From positions 1-59,028 of the forward strand of contig JBBILD010000023.1 in NCBI GenBank assembly GCA_037445065.1: a stretch of DNA of 59,028 bases. Reading direction: 5' to 3'. Positions 1-8,331 of the stretch are shown in pieces. Positions within the stretch are counted from its first letter, which is position 1; the number at the start of each line of letters is the position of its first letter. The notes beneath the pieces are model-generated. The model did not search any database. It worked only from the letters and a program-made list of their open reading frames with translations, and was not told the DNA's origin. Source of the stretch: Myxococcales bacterium. Lineage in GTDB: Bacteria > Desulfobacterota > Binatia > HRBIN30. The position numbers and the translations under genes were made by a program.

Positions 1-389
1 GTGCGCCGCTGTGCTTCGGCCAACGCCTCGACTCTTTCTTCCGTGCGCCGCTGAGCTTCGGCGAGTTCGGCCATGCGTTGTTCGAGCAGGTTGAGCCGCT
101 CCTCGGTACGCCGCTGAGCTTCGGCTAATGCCTCGAGTCGCTCTTCGGTGCGCCGTTGTGCCTCGGCGAGGGAGGCAACGGCTACTTGGAGTTCGTGTAC
201 CGCGCTCGTAAGTGTGGCGAGCCTTTCTTCACTTTTTTCCTGCGCTTGAGCCAGTTCGGCTACGGCGCGGGTTAGCTGCGTCCACGGTGCGGGCTCACCG
301 AGCAAGAGATCCCGCAACGTCTTCCGCCACTCGGGATGCTCGTTCAAGAAGTGAAGAAAATCTTGCCAGTCCGCAGCACTGAAAGGCAC
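1..389 (-). CDS. Heptad-repeat coiled-coil protein (LAEAQRRTEER repeats), N-terminal part; truncated by the window start
   Basis: Not in the ORF track. Manual translation from GTG at 389 gives MPFSAADWQDFLHFLNEHPEWRKTLRDLLLGEP...LAEAQRRTEERLEALAEAQRRTEERLNLLEQRMAELAEAQRRTEERVEALAEAQRR, open to base 1. Confidence 0.85.
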   Translation of the reverse strand, partial: MPFSAADWQDFLHFLNEHPEWRKTLRDLLLGEPAPWTQLTRAVAELAQAQEKSEERLATLTSAVHELQVAVASLAEAQRRTEERLEALAEAQRRTEERLNLLEQRMAELAEAQRRTEERVEALAEAQRR

Positions 390-534
390 TGTGTCTGTAT
401 AACACAGCGACGAGGAGTCGTGCACTAGGACTTTGACCAAAAACAACAATTGTCAAATCTGTAGGCGACGGGTAAGCTCGGCGGTTCGAGCGCATCGGGT
501 CGCCTGGGGCCGGAGAAGCTCGGTGGCTTCGTTG

Positions 535-799
535 CTGTTGCCTCGCACGGCAGAGCGGCTCCGGCTGTGGCACTTGAGCGGGGCATGTGGGCAGGACTGG
601 GCGGTGGTGGCGTGTCGTCGCTATGCGCGCGCTGCCGCGAAGGTGCTTACCTGCCAGCTCCGGTGAGGGACTTACAGCGATCGTTCCCACAACATGGCTA
701 GACCGGGCTCGAAGGGGTGGCCTCTCGGGGGCTTGAAGCGAACGGGAGTGTAGCCCTTGCTGGTGGCGAGCCTGTTGCCTCGCACGATCTCGGCTCCGG
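535..799. repeat. Imperfect intergenic direct repeat pair CTGTTGCCTCGCACG-N4/6-CGGCTCCGG
   Basis: Copies at 535-564 and 772-799, each with GGTGGC shortly upstream. Confidence 0.6.
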
Positions 800-979
800 G
801 GTAGACTCGTTCATGCGAGCCGCTGGCGGCCTTCGGTTGCTGTGGCAAATCGCAGGCTGACCGCTTTCCAACGGAGGAGCGACTCCGCAGAGGCGGTGCC
901 GAGGCGGGGGCTGCGCAGGCGCTGGAGTCAGTTGCCTGAAAGAGTGTGTTTGACTAATTCGCGGCTCCCTCAATTGCGG

Positions 980-2710
980 ATGGATCCCTCAGTAGAGACA
1001 GCCCCTCGCTCTGCGCCAGCCAATTTTCTGGTCCGGCTCGCCTCTAACCCGCTGGTTGCGTGGTCGTTTGTAGCCGGCCTGGCGGCAACCCTCTTGTTTT
1101 GGAATCTAGGCAGTTCGCCCTTGAGCGATCCCGACGAGGCTCGGCATGCCGAGATCGCGCGAGAGGCGCTGGTCACAGGCCAGTTCGTTACACCGGTGCT
1201 GGCTTTCCAGCCCTACCACGATAAGCCGATGCCATTTTACTGGCTTGTGGCCGGCAGCTTTTGGCTGTTCGGACTCAATGAGTTTGCGGCACGCCTGCCG
1301 TCGGCCCTTGCTGCGTTTCTCGTGGTCATGCTCACGGCTGTTTGGACTCGGCGTTACGTCGGCCCGCTGGAAGGGATACTTGCCGGCACGGTGTTGGGGA
1401 CGGCTGTGGCATTCGTAGCCCTCGGTCGCGTGGTGCTCGTCGATATGAGTTTCTCTGCGTGGGTGAGCGTTGCTGCGTTTTACGGAGGTGCCTGGCTTCT
1501 TGAAGGAGTCCGCGTAGGCTGGCCCGTCTGGCCGATGTGGGTCGCACTCGGGGTCGCAGTGTTGCTCAAAGGACCGGTGGCAGTGGTCCTGGTAGCAATT
1601 CCGCTGGCCGCTTTCACGGCGATGCGAGGGTGCTGGGGGGACGTTCGCGGCCTTCGGCCGGTGCAGGGGCTGTTGCTCGTCTCGCTCATCGCAGGGAGTT
1701 GGTATCTGGCCGCCTACCTGCACGACCCAGAGTATTTGCGGGAGTTTTTGCTCCAGCACAACGTGAACCGCTTTGTTTCGGGAAATCCCGGCCACCCGAA
1801 AAATCCGTGTTTCTTTTTCTACACTCTGCCCGTGCTGGCGTTGCCCTGGAGCCTTTTCTGGCCAGTGGCGGGACGGCGCGTGTGGGGGCGCTTGCGCCGG
1901 GGAGAGAACGCGCTGCTGTTTTGCGCGTTGTGGTTTGCGGCAGTGCTGCTGTTTTTCTCCGCGAGCCGTTCCAAGCTGGCGACATACGTCCTGCCGTTAT
2001 TTCCGCCAGCGGCTGTCCTCACTGCGGCGGGACTGGCGGATTTTCTACGCGATCCCAGCGAAGCGGGCGTAGAGGCGCGCGCCTTGTTCGCAGGCTGTGC
2101 TCTGCTCGCTGCTTTGGGGCTGCTCGCTCCGGGCGTGGCTTCCGGGTTCTTGCTTTACCTGCACGAGGAGTTGTTGGCGCGAGCCGCGCTGAAGGCCTGG
2201 CTCGTTTTGGCTCCCGTCTCGGTGCTTACGCTCGTGCTTTTGCGCTGGCGTAATCCAGTCGTGGGCTTGGTGACTGTGCTTGTTTTCGCGCTCGTCGCAG
2301 AGATCGGCTTCTATCGCGTCATCGCTCCGGAAGCGATCGCCCGTTACACGTTGCGCGATGCCGCGCAGCTCGTCCGTCAGCTCTCGGAGCCCGCTGCTTT
2401 GTTTTCCTGGAGTGCCACGCCGAACTCGCTGATGTTTTACTCCGGCCAGCCGGTTACACGGCTGGCAGAGGTGGCGGAAGCAGCACAGGCACTGGCGCGC
2501 CCGCAAAGTGTGTTGCTCACAAAACAGGATCGTGTGCCGGAGTTGCTGTGCGTTGTGCAAACAAGCGTGTACGAGTGGTGGCGCGGCGCCAATCGCAAGG
2601 TCTTGTTGTCGACCAATCCTCATCCGGTTGCCGGTGGTCGCAAAATTCCGCCGCCCAGCGACTGCCCCGCAGTAGAGCCGGCTGCGATCAGGCTTGGTGC
2701 GGGAAAGTAA
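980..2710 (+). CDS. ArnT-like (GT83/PMT_2) integral-membrane glycosyltransferase
   Basis: Motifs DPDEARHAEIARE, DKPMPFYW, EFAARLPSA, LKGPV and SRSKLATYVLP, with many TM segments. ATG at 980 preferred over 842. Confidence 0.85.
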   Translation: MDPSVETAPRSAPANFLVRLASNPLVAWSFVAGLAATLLFWNLGSSPLSDPDEARHAEIAREALVTGQFVTPVLAFQPYHDKPMPFYWLVAGSFWLFGLNEFAARLPSALAAFLVVMLTAVWTRRYVGPLEGILAGTVLGTAVAFVALGRVVLVDMSFSAWVSVAAFYGGAWLLEGVRVGWPVWPMWVALGVAVLLKGPVAVVLVAIPLAAFTAMRGCWGDVRGLRPVQGLLLVSLIAGSWYLAAYLHDPEYLREFLLQHNVNRFVSGNPGHPKNPCFFFYTLPVLALPWSLFWPVAGRRVWGRLRRGENALLFCALWFAAVLLFFSASRSKLATYVLPLFPPAAVLTAAGLADFLRDPSEAGVEARALFAGCALLAALGLLAPGVASGFLLYLHEELLARAALKAWLVLAPVSVLTLVLLRWRNPVVGLVTVLVFALVAEIGFYRVIAPEAIARYTLRDAAQLVRQLSEPAALFSWSATPNSLMFYSGQPVTRLAEVAEAAQALARPQSVLLTKQDRVPELLCVVQTSVYEWWRGANRKVLLSTNPHPVAGGRKIPPPSDCPAVEPAAIRLGAGK

Positions 2711-2770
2711 GCGGATTCTTCTGCCGTCTCGCTCCTCGCCTGCGAGCCGGCGAATGCGGGTGCGGTTCGC

Positions 2771-3889
2771 TCAGATGGCACCGCTGGGTGCTTGTGTCGG
2801 CGTGCGACGCACGCCGGGGCACCTGTGCGCACCGCCGATGGCCGCCTCGCTTGCCAATTGCCCGCACGCTGCTTGCACTTCCGCGCCGTGGGTGATCCGC
2901 CGCTTCGCAAACACCCCGCGCGCACGCAACTCTTGTAAGAACGCAAGCACGACTCCTTCCGCGGGGGGGTCGAAGAGCGGCGGCCGCTGTGGATTGTAAG
3001 GGATCAAATTGACCACGCACGGGAGCTCGCTGCACCACTGAGCCAAAGCGCGGGCGTGGCTCAAAGAGTCATTGATGCCGCGCAACAGAACGTATTGAAA
3101 CAGGAAGCGGCCACGCGGCGGCAGCGGAAAAGCGCGCAGAACACGTTTCAGCTCGGCAAGCGGCATTGCGCGGGCGATCGGCACAAGGGTGCGGCGCAGC
3201 TCGTCGTCCGCGGCGTGGAGCGACACGGCAATGCGCAGTTTGCGCCATTCTGCCTCCTCGCGCGCTAGCGCTGCCAAGCGCTCCAGGCCCGGCACGTGCC
3301 CGACCGTGGAGAGTGTCATCTTTGCGCGCGGGAAACCGATCCCGCGTGGATCGCTCAGCACCCGGATTGCCTGCGCCACTGCCTCGAAGTTGTCGAGCGG
3401 CTCGCCCATGCCCATGAAGACGAGGTTGCGCAAGTCGTAGAGATCGAAGCGGTAGGGCCCGGGCGGTGGCCCGTGGCGCTCGCACAAGAGGGTTCGGGCG
3501 GCGAGCAGTTGCGCCACGATCTCTGCAGCGCTGAGATTGCGCACAAGCCCCATCCTGCCGGTGGCGCAAAACACGCAGCCCATGCGGCACCCAGCCTGCG
3601 TAGATACGCACAACGTGCGCCAGGACGCGGCTCGGTAGCTATCCATCGGGATCACTACCGACTCTACTTCTACTCCCCCTGCGAGCGTCAGAGAGAACTT
3701 GAGCAGTTGCCCGCTCTCCCGCACGCGAATCGGCAGCGACACGCTTACGGTTGGTCTACGGAACAGGGTCGGGTACCTGAGCCGGCCTGCCTCGAAGGGC
3801 AGGCCGGCCTCTTCCAGATACTGGTTGAAGGTAAGGCCCCACACCGGATCCGCGGTCGTCGCGGTGGTCGGAGAAGTGCAGGGAATCAC
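2771..3889 (-). CDS. rlmN: RlmN-family radical SAM RNA methyltransferase (short N-terminus)
   Basis: Motifs LCVSTQAGCRMGCVFCATG, MGMGEP, SLHA, VNLIPYNP and AACGQL. The start overlaps the thiolase stop (GTGA). Confidence 0.8.
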   Translation of the reverse strand: MIPCTSPTTATTADPVWGLTFNQYLEEAGLPFEAGRLRYPTLFRRPTVSVSLPIRVRESGQLLKFSLTLAGGVEVESVVIPMDSYRAASWRTLCVSTQAGCRMGCVFCATGRMGLVRNLSAAEIVAQLLAARTLLCERHGPPPGPYRFDLYDLRNLVFMGMGEPLDNFEAVAQAIRVLSDPRGIGFPRAKMTLSTVGHVPGLERLAALAREEAEWRKLRIAVSLHAADDELRRTLVPIARAMPLAELKRVLRAFPLPPRGRFLFQYVLLRGINDSLSHARALAQWCSELPCVVNLIPYNPQRPPLFDPPAEGVVLAFLQELRARGVFAKRRITHGAEVQAACGQLASEAAIGGAHRCPGVRRTPTQAPSGAI

Positions 3890-5049
3890 AGCCGCTCAAT
3901 GATCGTTCCGGTACCCAGCCCACCGCCACAACACATGGAGATTAAAGCATAGCGCCGCTGGGTACGCTCGAGTTCGTGCAAAGCAGTGGTGATGAGACGC
4001 GCACCCGTGCAACCGGTGGGGTGCCCGAGTGCGATCGCACCTCCGTTCGGGTTCACCCGCTCGGGGTTGGGCTCGCACGCCTTCATCCACGCCAGCACGA
4101 CAGAAGCGAACGCCTCGTTGACCTCGAACACGTCAATGTCATCCACCTTGAGCCCGGTTTGCTGCAACAGCTTGCGCGTGGCCGGGATCGGCCCCTTGAG
4201 CATGGTGACTGGATCGACGCCCACGAGCGTGGTGGCGACAATGCGGGCGCGCGGCTTGAGCCCCAGGCGCTCGAGACCTTGCTTGGAGGCCAGTAACACC
4301 GCCGCCGCACCGTCCGATACCTGCGAGGACGTGCCCGCGGTGTGGATTCCGTCCGGTTCGACAGGCTGGAGGGCGGCGAGTTTTTCGAGCGAGGTCTCGC
4401 GCAACCCTTCATCCCGCTCGATCACCCGTGTTTCGCCGGTGGGGGTGCCGTTTTCATCCAGCACGGGCGCTTCGATGGGCACCACCTCGCGCGCGAAACG
4501 TCCCTCCCGCCACGCCTGTTGGGCGAGAGTTTGGCTACGCAGGCCGAAGCGGTCGGTATCCTCGCGCGTGATGCCGAACTCCTTCGCAATCATTTCCGCG
4601 CCTTGGAACTGGGTGGCAAACGCGTAGTGCTCGGCGTACGAGGGAGGGAACGGAGAGCCGCCGCGCATGTTCGAGCCGAGTGGAACGCGCGTCATCATCT
4701 CCACGCCGCAGGCCAGCACCACGTCCTCGATGCCACAACCAATGAGTCCCGCAGCCAGCGTGGTGGCTTGCTGGCTCGACCCGCACTGACTGTCCACCGT
4801 GGTCGCGGGCACCTCCATGGGCAAGCCCTCTGCGAGCCAGGCGGTGCGAGCGATGTTGAAGGACTGCTCTCCAACCTGCGACACGCAGCCGCCCACCACC
4901 TGCCCGATGGCGCGCGGATCAATACCGGCGCGCTCGATGACAGCACGTTGGATCTTACCGAGCAAAGCCCCAGGGTGCAGTCCTGCGAGACCTCCTTTGC
5001 GCTTGCCGATGGCACTGCGAGCAGCAGCAACGATGTATACCTCGTTCAT
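3886..5049 (-). CDS. Acetyl-CoA C-acyltransferase (thiolase), FadA5-like
   Basis: Catalytic motifs QCGSSQQA, NEAFA, GGAIALGHP and MCCGGG. AGGAGG RBS upstream. Confidence 0.92.
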   Translation of the reverse strand: MNEVYIVAAARSAIGKRKGGLAGLHPGALLGKIQRAVIERAGIDPRAIGQVVGGCVSQVGEQSFNIARTAWLAEGLPMEVPATTVDSQCGSSQQATTLAAGLIGCGIEDVVLACGVEMMTRVPLGSNMRGGSPFPPSYAEHYAFATQFQGAEMIAKEFGITREDTDRFGLRSQTLAQQAWREGRFAREVVPIEAPVLDENGTPTGETRVIERDEGLRETSLEKLAALQPVEPDGIHTAGTSSQVSDGAAAVLLASKQGLERLGLKPRARIVATTLVGVDPVTMLKGPIPATRKLLQQTGLKVDDIDVFEVNEAFASVVLAWMKACEPNPERVNPNGGAIALGHPTGCTGARLITTALHELERTQRRYALISMCCGGGLGTGTIIERL

Positions 5050-5279
5050 GATTCCTCCTTATGCGATCTGGCCCGCGCCTGCCTGCACAACCGCAGACAC
5101 CGCGGTCCTAGCCAAACAAGCAAAGGTGAGGGCACGCTGCCAGCGGCCGGAGCAATGGACGGCCTGGAACGCAGAAAGTGCCGTGGCAGCAAGACTGTCG
5201 CGCGGTGGCAAGCCGATCCACTGGCTCTTGCGTGCATACGGCGCGCGATGATACGCGGCCCGCCGCGATATAAGGCAAA

Positions 5280-5567
5280 TTGACAGCCCGCTCCGCTCGT
5301 GCGGCCCTGGCGGTACTCACGGGCTTGCTCCTGCTGGCTGGGTTTGTCGCCCTCAAGCATCGCCACAGCAGCGGTGTGGTGGCCCATGCAGCAACCCAGT
5401 GCGCAGCCTGTACTCTAGCGAGCGGCGTGCGCACCGTGGTGCTGGAGGACGCGTGCGTCCTCCCGAATCCAGTTGCTGTAGTTGGCGCAGCGCCTTGCGA
5501 GGCACCGCCGCTGCTCGTTGTTCGCTTTAGCGCACCCGTCGCGGTGCGAGCTCCGCCCGTGGTCTAG
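5280..5567 (+). CDS. DUF2946/CutF/CruR-like leader (arrest) peptide
   Basis: Hydrophobic N-terminal segment, KHRH...H, CAAC, Pro-rich linker and C-terminal RAPPVV-stop. TTG start. Confidence 0.75.
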   Translation: MTARSARAALAVLTGLLLLAGFVALKHRHSSGVVAHAATQCAACTLASGVRTVVLEDACVLPNPVAVVGAAPCEAPPLLVVRFSAPVAVRAPPVV

Positions 5568-5742
5568 AGGCAGTTCCTTTGTCGCTTCCGCGAGCTGGGC
5601 CGCTCCCGGGCGGAGTGCACGGGAGTGGGCCCCGGCTGGTGGTTTGAGGAATCAGGTTGGAGCGGTCGCGTCAGAGCGCGTTACGACTCAGCCGCTCTGC
5701 CTATTTCGATACGGCACTTTGGAGTCTGTCACGGGTGGTCTA

Positions 5743-6326
5743 ATGCAAGGGCAGAACGAATTTGGGCAGAAGAGTTCCAAGCGACAGTGGAAGCCGTTGC
5801 GGCGAGTCGCTGTTTGGACGGTGGGGCTCGGGCTTGTAGTGGTTGCGTGCGGTCCGGAGAAGCCACCAGAATTCGATAAACTTTTTCGACATCGGGACAT
5901 TGTCGTGGCTGCGTCTCCTGCTGGACGCTTGATCGCAGTGTGGGAGGAAGCAGAGGCACGGAGCGCGACTTGCGAGCCAATTGGGCCTGCCGTCTACTGC
6001 TCCACGACGGATCCTGACTTCGCGGCGCTGGAGCAGGCCGCAGAGAACGCGTTGCCCCTGGATCCGCGGGTGTCGGTTATCGCGGAAATCGTGGCATTGA
6101 CGCCAGGTGCACGCCTGCGCCTCGAACAGACAGTCGCCGATGCCCCGGGGGCGAGAGTTTTGCTCGGCTCTGGCGACGAGATCCACGTACACGCGGCGTG
6201 GAGTACCTGAGTGCGGAACGGCTAAGCGAGATGCAAATTTCGTTTTGCTTGCTTGCCAACCCGCCCTTATACGAGCCGTCACCGACGTATACGGCGACCT
6301 TTCTGCTGGTCGGTGCTGAGGGTTGA
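5743..6326 (+). pseudogene. HxD...HxH lipoprotein, frameshifted at about 6200
   Basis: ATG at 5743 and lipobox VVAC-G. The ORF stops at IHVHAAWST (6210). Restoring one G at 6199-6201 continues WEYLSAERLSEMQISFCLLANPPLYEPSPTYTATFLLVGAEG to TGA 6324-6326, colinear with the 6802 paralog. Confidence 0.7.
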
Positions 6327-6334
6327 TCCTACTG

Positions 6335-6628
6335 ATGGGGTTCATCGAATCCTTTCGGGGGCGGGCCAGGCACTGGGTCTCTGCGCTCTTATTGGTCGTC
6401 CTCACCGCCGCTCTTGCAGCTGAGCGAGCGCACGCGGCGCGCTTCCTTGGACACCATGCTGTTACGTGCGCGGCGTGTGCTGCGGGGTCGCTGCCAGCGG
6501 TTTCGCCGCCTCCGGACCCCGCGCTCGCGCCGCCTGCGACTGGAGCGAGGTGTAATCGCGGGCCCACTTTGGCATGGTGCGCTGTCGCACCGAGGAGCTG
6601 CTCGGTGCCGCGTACGGGGACGCTGTAG
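6335..6628 (+). CDS. Second His/CAAC leader-like secreted peptide (no intact terminal RAPP)
   Basis: MGFIESF..., hydrophobic stretch, HAARFLGHHAVTCAAC and Pro-rich linker. Same layout as 5280-5567. Confidence 0.6.
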   Translation: MGFIESFRGRARHWVSALLLVVLTAALAAERAHAARFLGHHAVTCAACAAGSLPAVSPPPDPALAPPATGARCNRGPTLAWCAVAPRSCSVPRTGTL

Positions 6629-6725
6629 AGAAGCTGGAGGACTTCCAAGCGCGGCCGTCGCAGGGAGGAGATCCCCTACGGGAGTACTTCCCCTGCATGC
6701 GCTCGCGCCAGCACTGAAACTGAGA

Positions 6726-6758
6726 CGGGTCGGGGTGGCTTTCGGCCACCCCGACCCG
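6726..6758 (+). promoter_or_regulatory. Perfect 14-bp GC-rich hairpin in the spacer upstream of the 6802 gene
   Basis: CGGGTCGGGGTGGC-TTTCG-GCCACCCCGACCCG with no U-tract. A second hairpin (GAAATC/GATTTC core) follows, just before the AGGAG SD. Confidence 0.6.
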
Positions 6759-6801
6759 ATCCCCAGAAATCGCGGATTTCAGCGGGACAGGAGAAACCGT
6801 A

Positions 6802-7716
6802 ATGGCTCTTGTATTGGTGCTCGTTGTGTTGCTGGCGTTCCACCTTCCACGCCCGAGCGATGGTGAGACCCATGCTGACTTTGTCGTCGGCTCTGATCGA
6901 GAAGGCGGCGGGCGGCTTGTTGCCCTGGGCGCGGGAGAGACGAGAATCGGGCTGCGCCAGGTCGTTTGCGTGGCGGGGGGCTGTTTATGGGGAGCGAGCG
7001 ATCCCGGCTTTCTCGCCCTGCAGGAGGCACGCAGTGGCGCCTACCCGTTGCGTTCTGGTACCCGCGTGCGTTTCGAACTCACTTCGACCCAGCCTGAGGT
7101 AAGTATTCGAGTCGGTAGCACGATCCTGCGGGCTCCAGGTGAGACGGCCCTGTCGGGAACCGCTCCAGGTCTACACCTCCACCCGAGCTGGCAACTGACC
7201 TTGCCGGAGGGCACAGGCGGTACGTACGAAATCTCTCTCAGATTGATCCCGGAGGGAGGCGCTTATTCTCCTTCGTTGCCTTTGCTTCTCAGCTTGGTAG
7301 CCGAGGTCGCGCCTCCACCAAGTGCAACGGCGACGATGACTTCGACCCCCACCCCGACTTCCACGCTCACGCCTTCGCACACGGCTTCGCCATCCGCGAC
7401 CTCAGTACCAACGCTCACACCCACCCCAGCTGAGCCAACCGTCACGGCTTCGGCAACCTCCTCGCCGACCTCACCGCCCTCCCCCACGGCCACCGCGACT
7501 GCGACGTGGAGTCCGCCCACGCCCCCCGTTTGCCGAGGCGACTGCAACCAGAGCGTTGAGGTCACGGTGGACTAGCTGTTGCTGGCGGTCCGGATCGGCC
7601 TCAGCTTGGAGAGCGCCGCGGCGTGTGCTGCTGCCGATCGCGACCGCGACGGAGAAGTCACCATTGATGAGATCGTCGCCGCGGTCGGGGTTGCACTGAC
7701 TGGATGCAACTGGTGA
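6802..7716 (+). pseudogene. Secreted HxD...HxH domain + Pro/Thr linker + CxGDC dockerin-like domain; in-frame TAG at 7573-7575
   Basis: Reading through the TAG gives CRGDCNQSVEVTVD*LLLAVRIGLSLESAAACAAADRDRDGEVTIDEIVAAVGVALTGCNW-stop (7716). The second repeat has VTIDE at the equivalent position. Confidence 0.8.
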
Positions 7717-8331
7717 GTTTTCCTTCCGATCGCGCCTTCAGTTCAGAATCGCACGGCAGGAGCGGAGAGAATATTCGCCGCACCGCACGAGCGGCTTGTG
7801 GCGCGTGGCCGGCAGCGCGCGGCGCCGGGCCGCGCGGACACCGCGTGGGGATGGCTCGGTTCCTCCCCGGCGCTAGCAGCTTTGCCCCCAGCGTTGCTTA
7901 AGGCGGCGTACGATGGTGGTCGGTCCCTCGGGGGCGTCGGCAACCCGCCGGGTCGGCGCCGGCGACGGCTTTGCGGCTCGGTGCCTGGCTTGAGCCGCTG
8001 CTTCGCCGTGCCACCCGACGCGACTTTCGGCGCCAAGTTGACTGCGATGTCGTACTGCAAGGTTCTGCGTGAACGAGGGGTCTACGTTTTCCGCTCCCGT
8101 GAGGCTGCTGTGCCCTTCGAGGGCTGTGGGGGACGGGCAGACCCTGGGTCTGGGAGCCGCGGGCAACGCCAGCTCTCGGTGCTGCGAATGCTTGGTCCTC
8201 CCGCGACTGGCTGAGAAGCTCGATGAGCGCGGCCCACCATTGGGCGGTTTGTCTGCCCAGGCTGTCCCGCTGTTGGCCGAGCATCAGGGGCCGTGCTAGG
8301 CGATGCCCGCTCGCAGAGAGGAGGAAAACAC

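Noticed and set aside
1..180. Direct repeats that could be mistaken for a CRISPR array
   Set aside because: The period is a multiple of 21 nt, variation falls at synonymous positions, and there are no unique spacers or cas genes. These are coding heptad repeats.
7310..7530. Low-complexity ACN/CCN repeats
   Set aside because: Ordinary Pro/Thr/Ser linker coding sequence.
7573..7575. Pyrrolysine or amber recoding at the in-frame TAG
   Set aside because: TAG is used as a normal stop elsewhere (purL, nrdR, grxC, ggt) and there are no pyl genes in the window. A single G to T change from a Glu codon explains it.
7717..8331. Several short ORFs in a 600-bp gap
   Set aside because: No recognisable motifs or RBS, and the Arg/Pro/Gly-rich composition is typical of spurious GC-rich frames.
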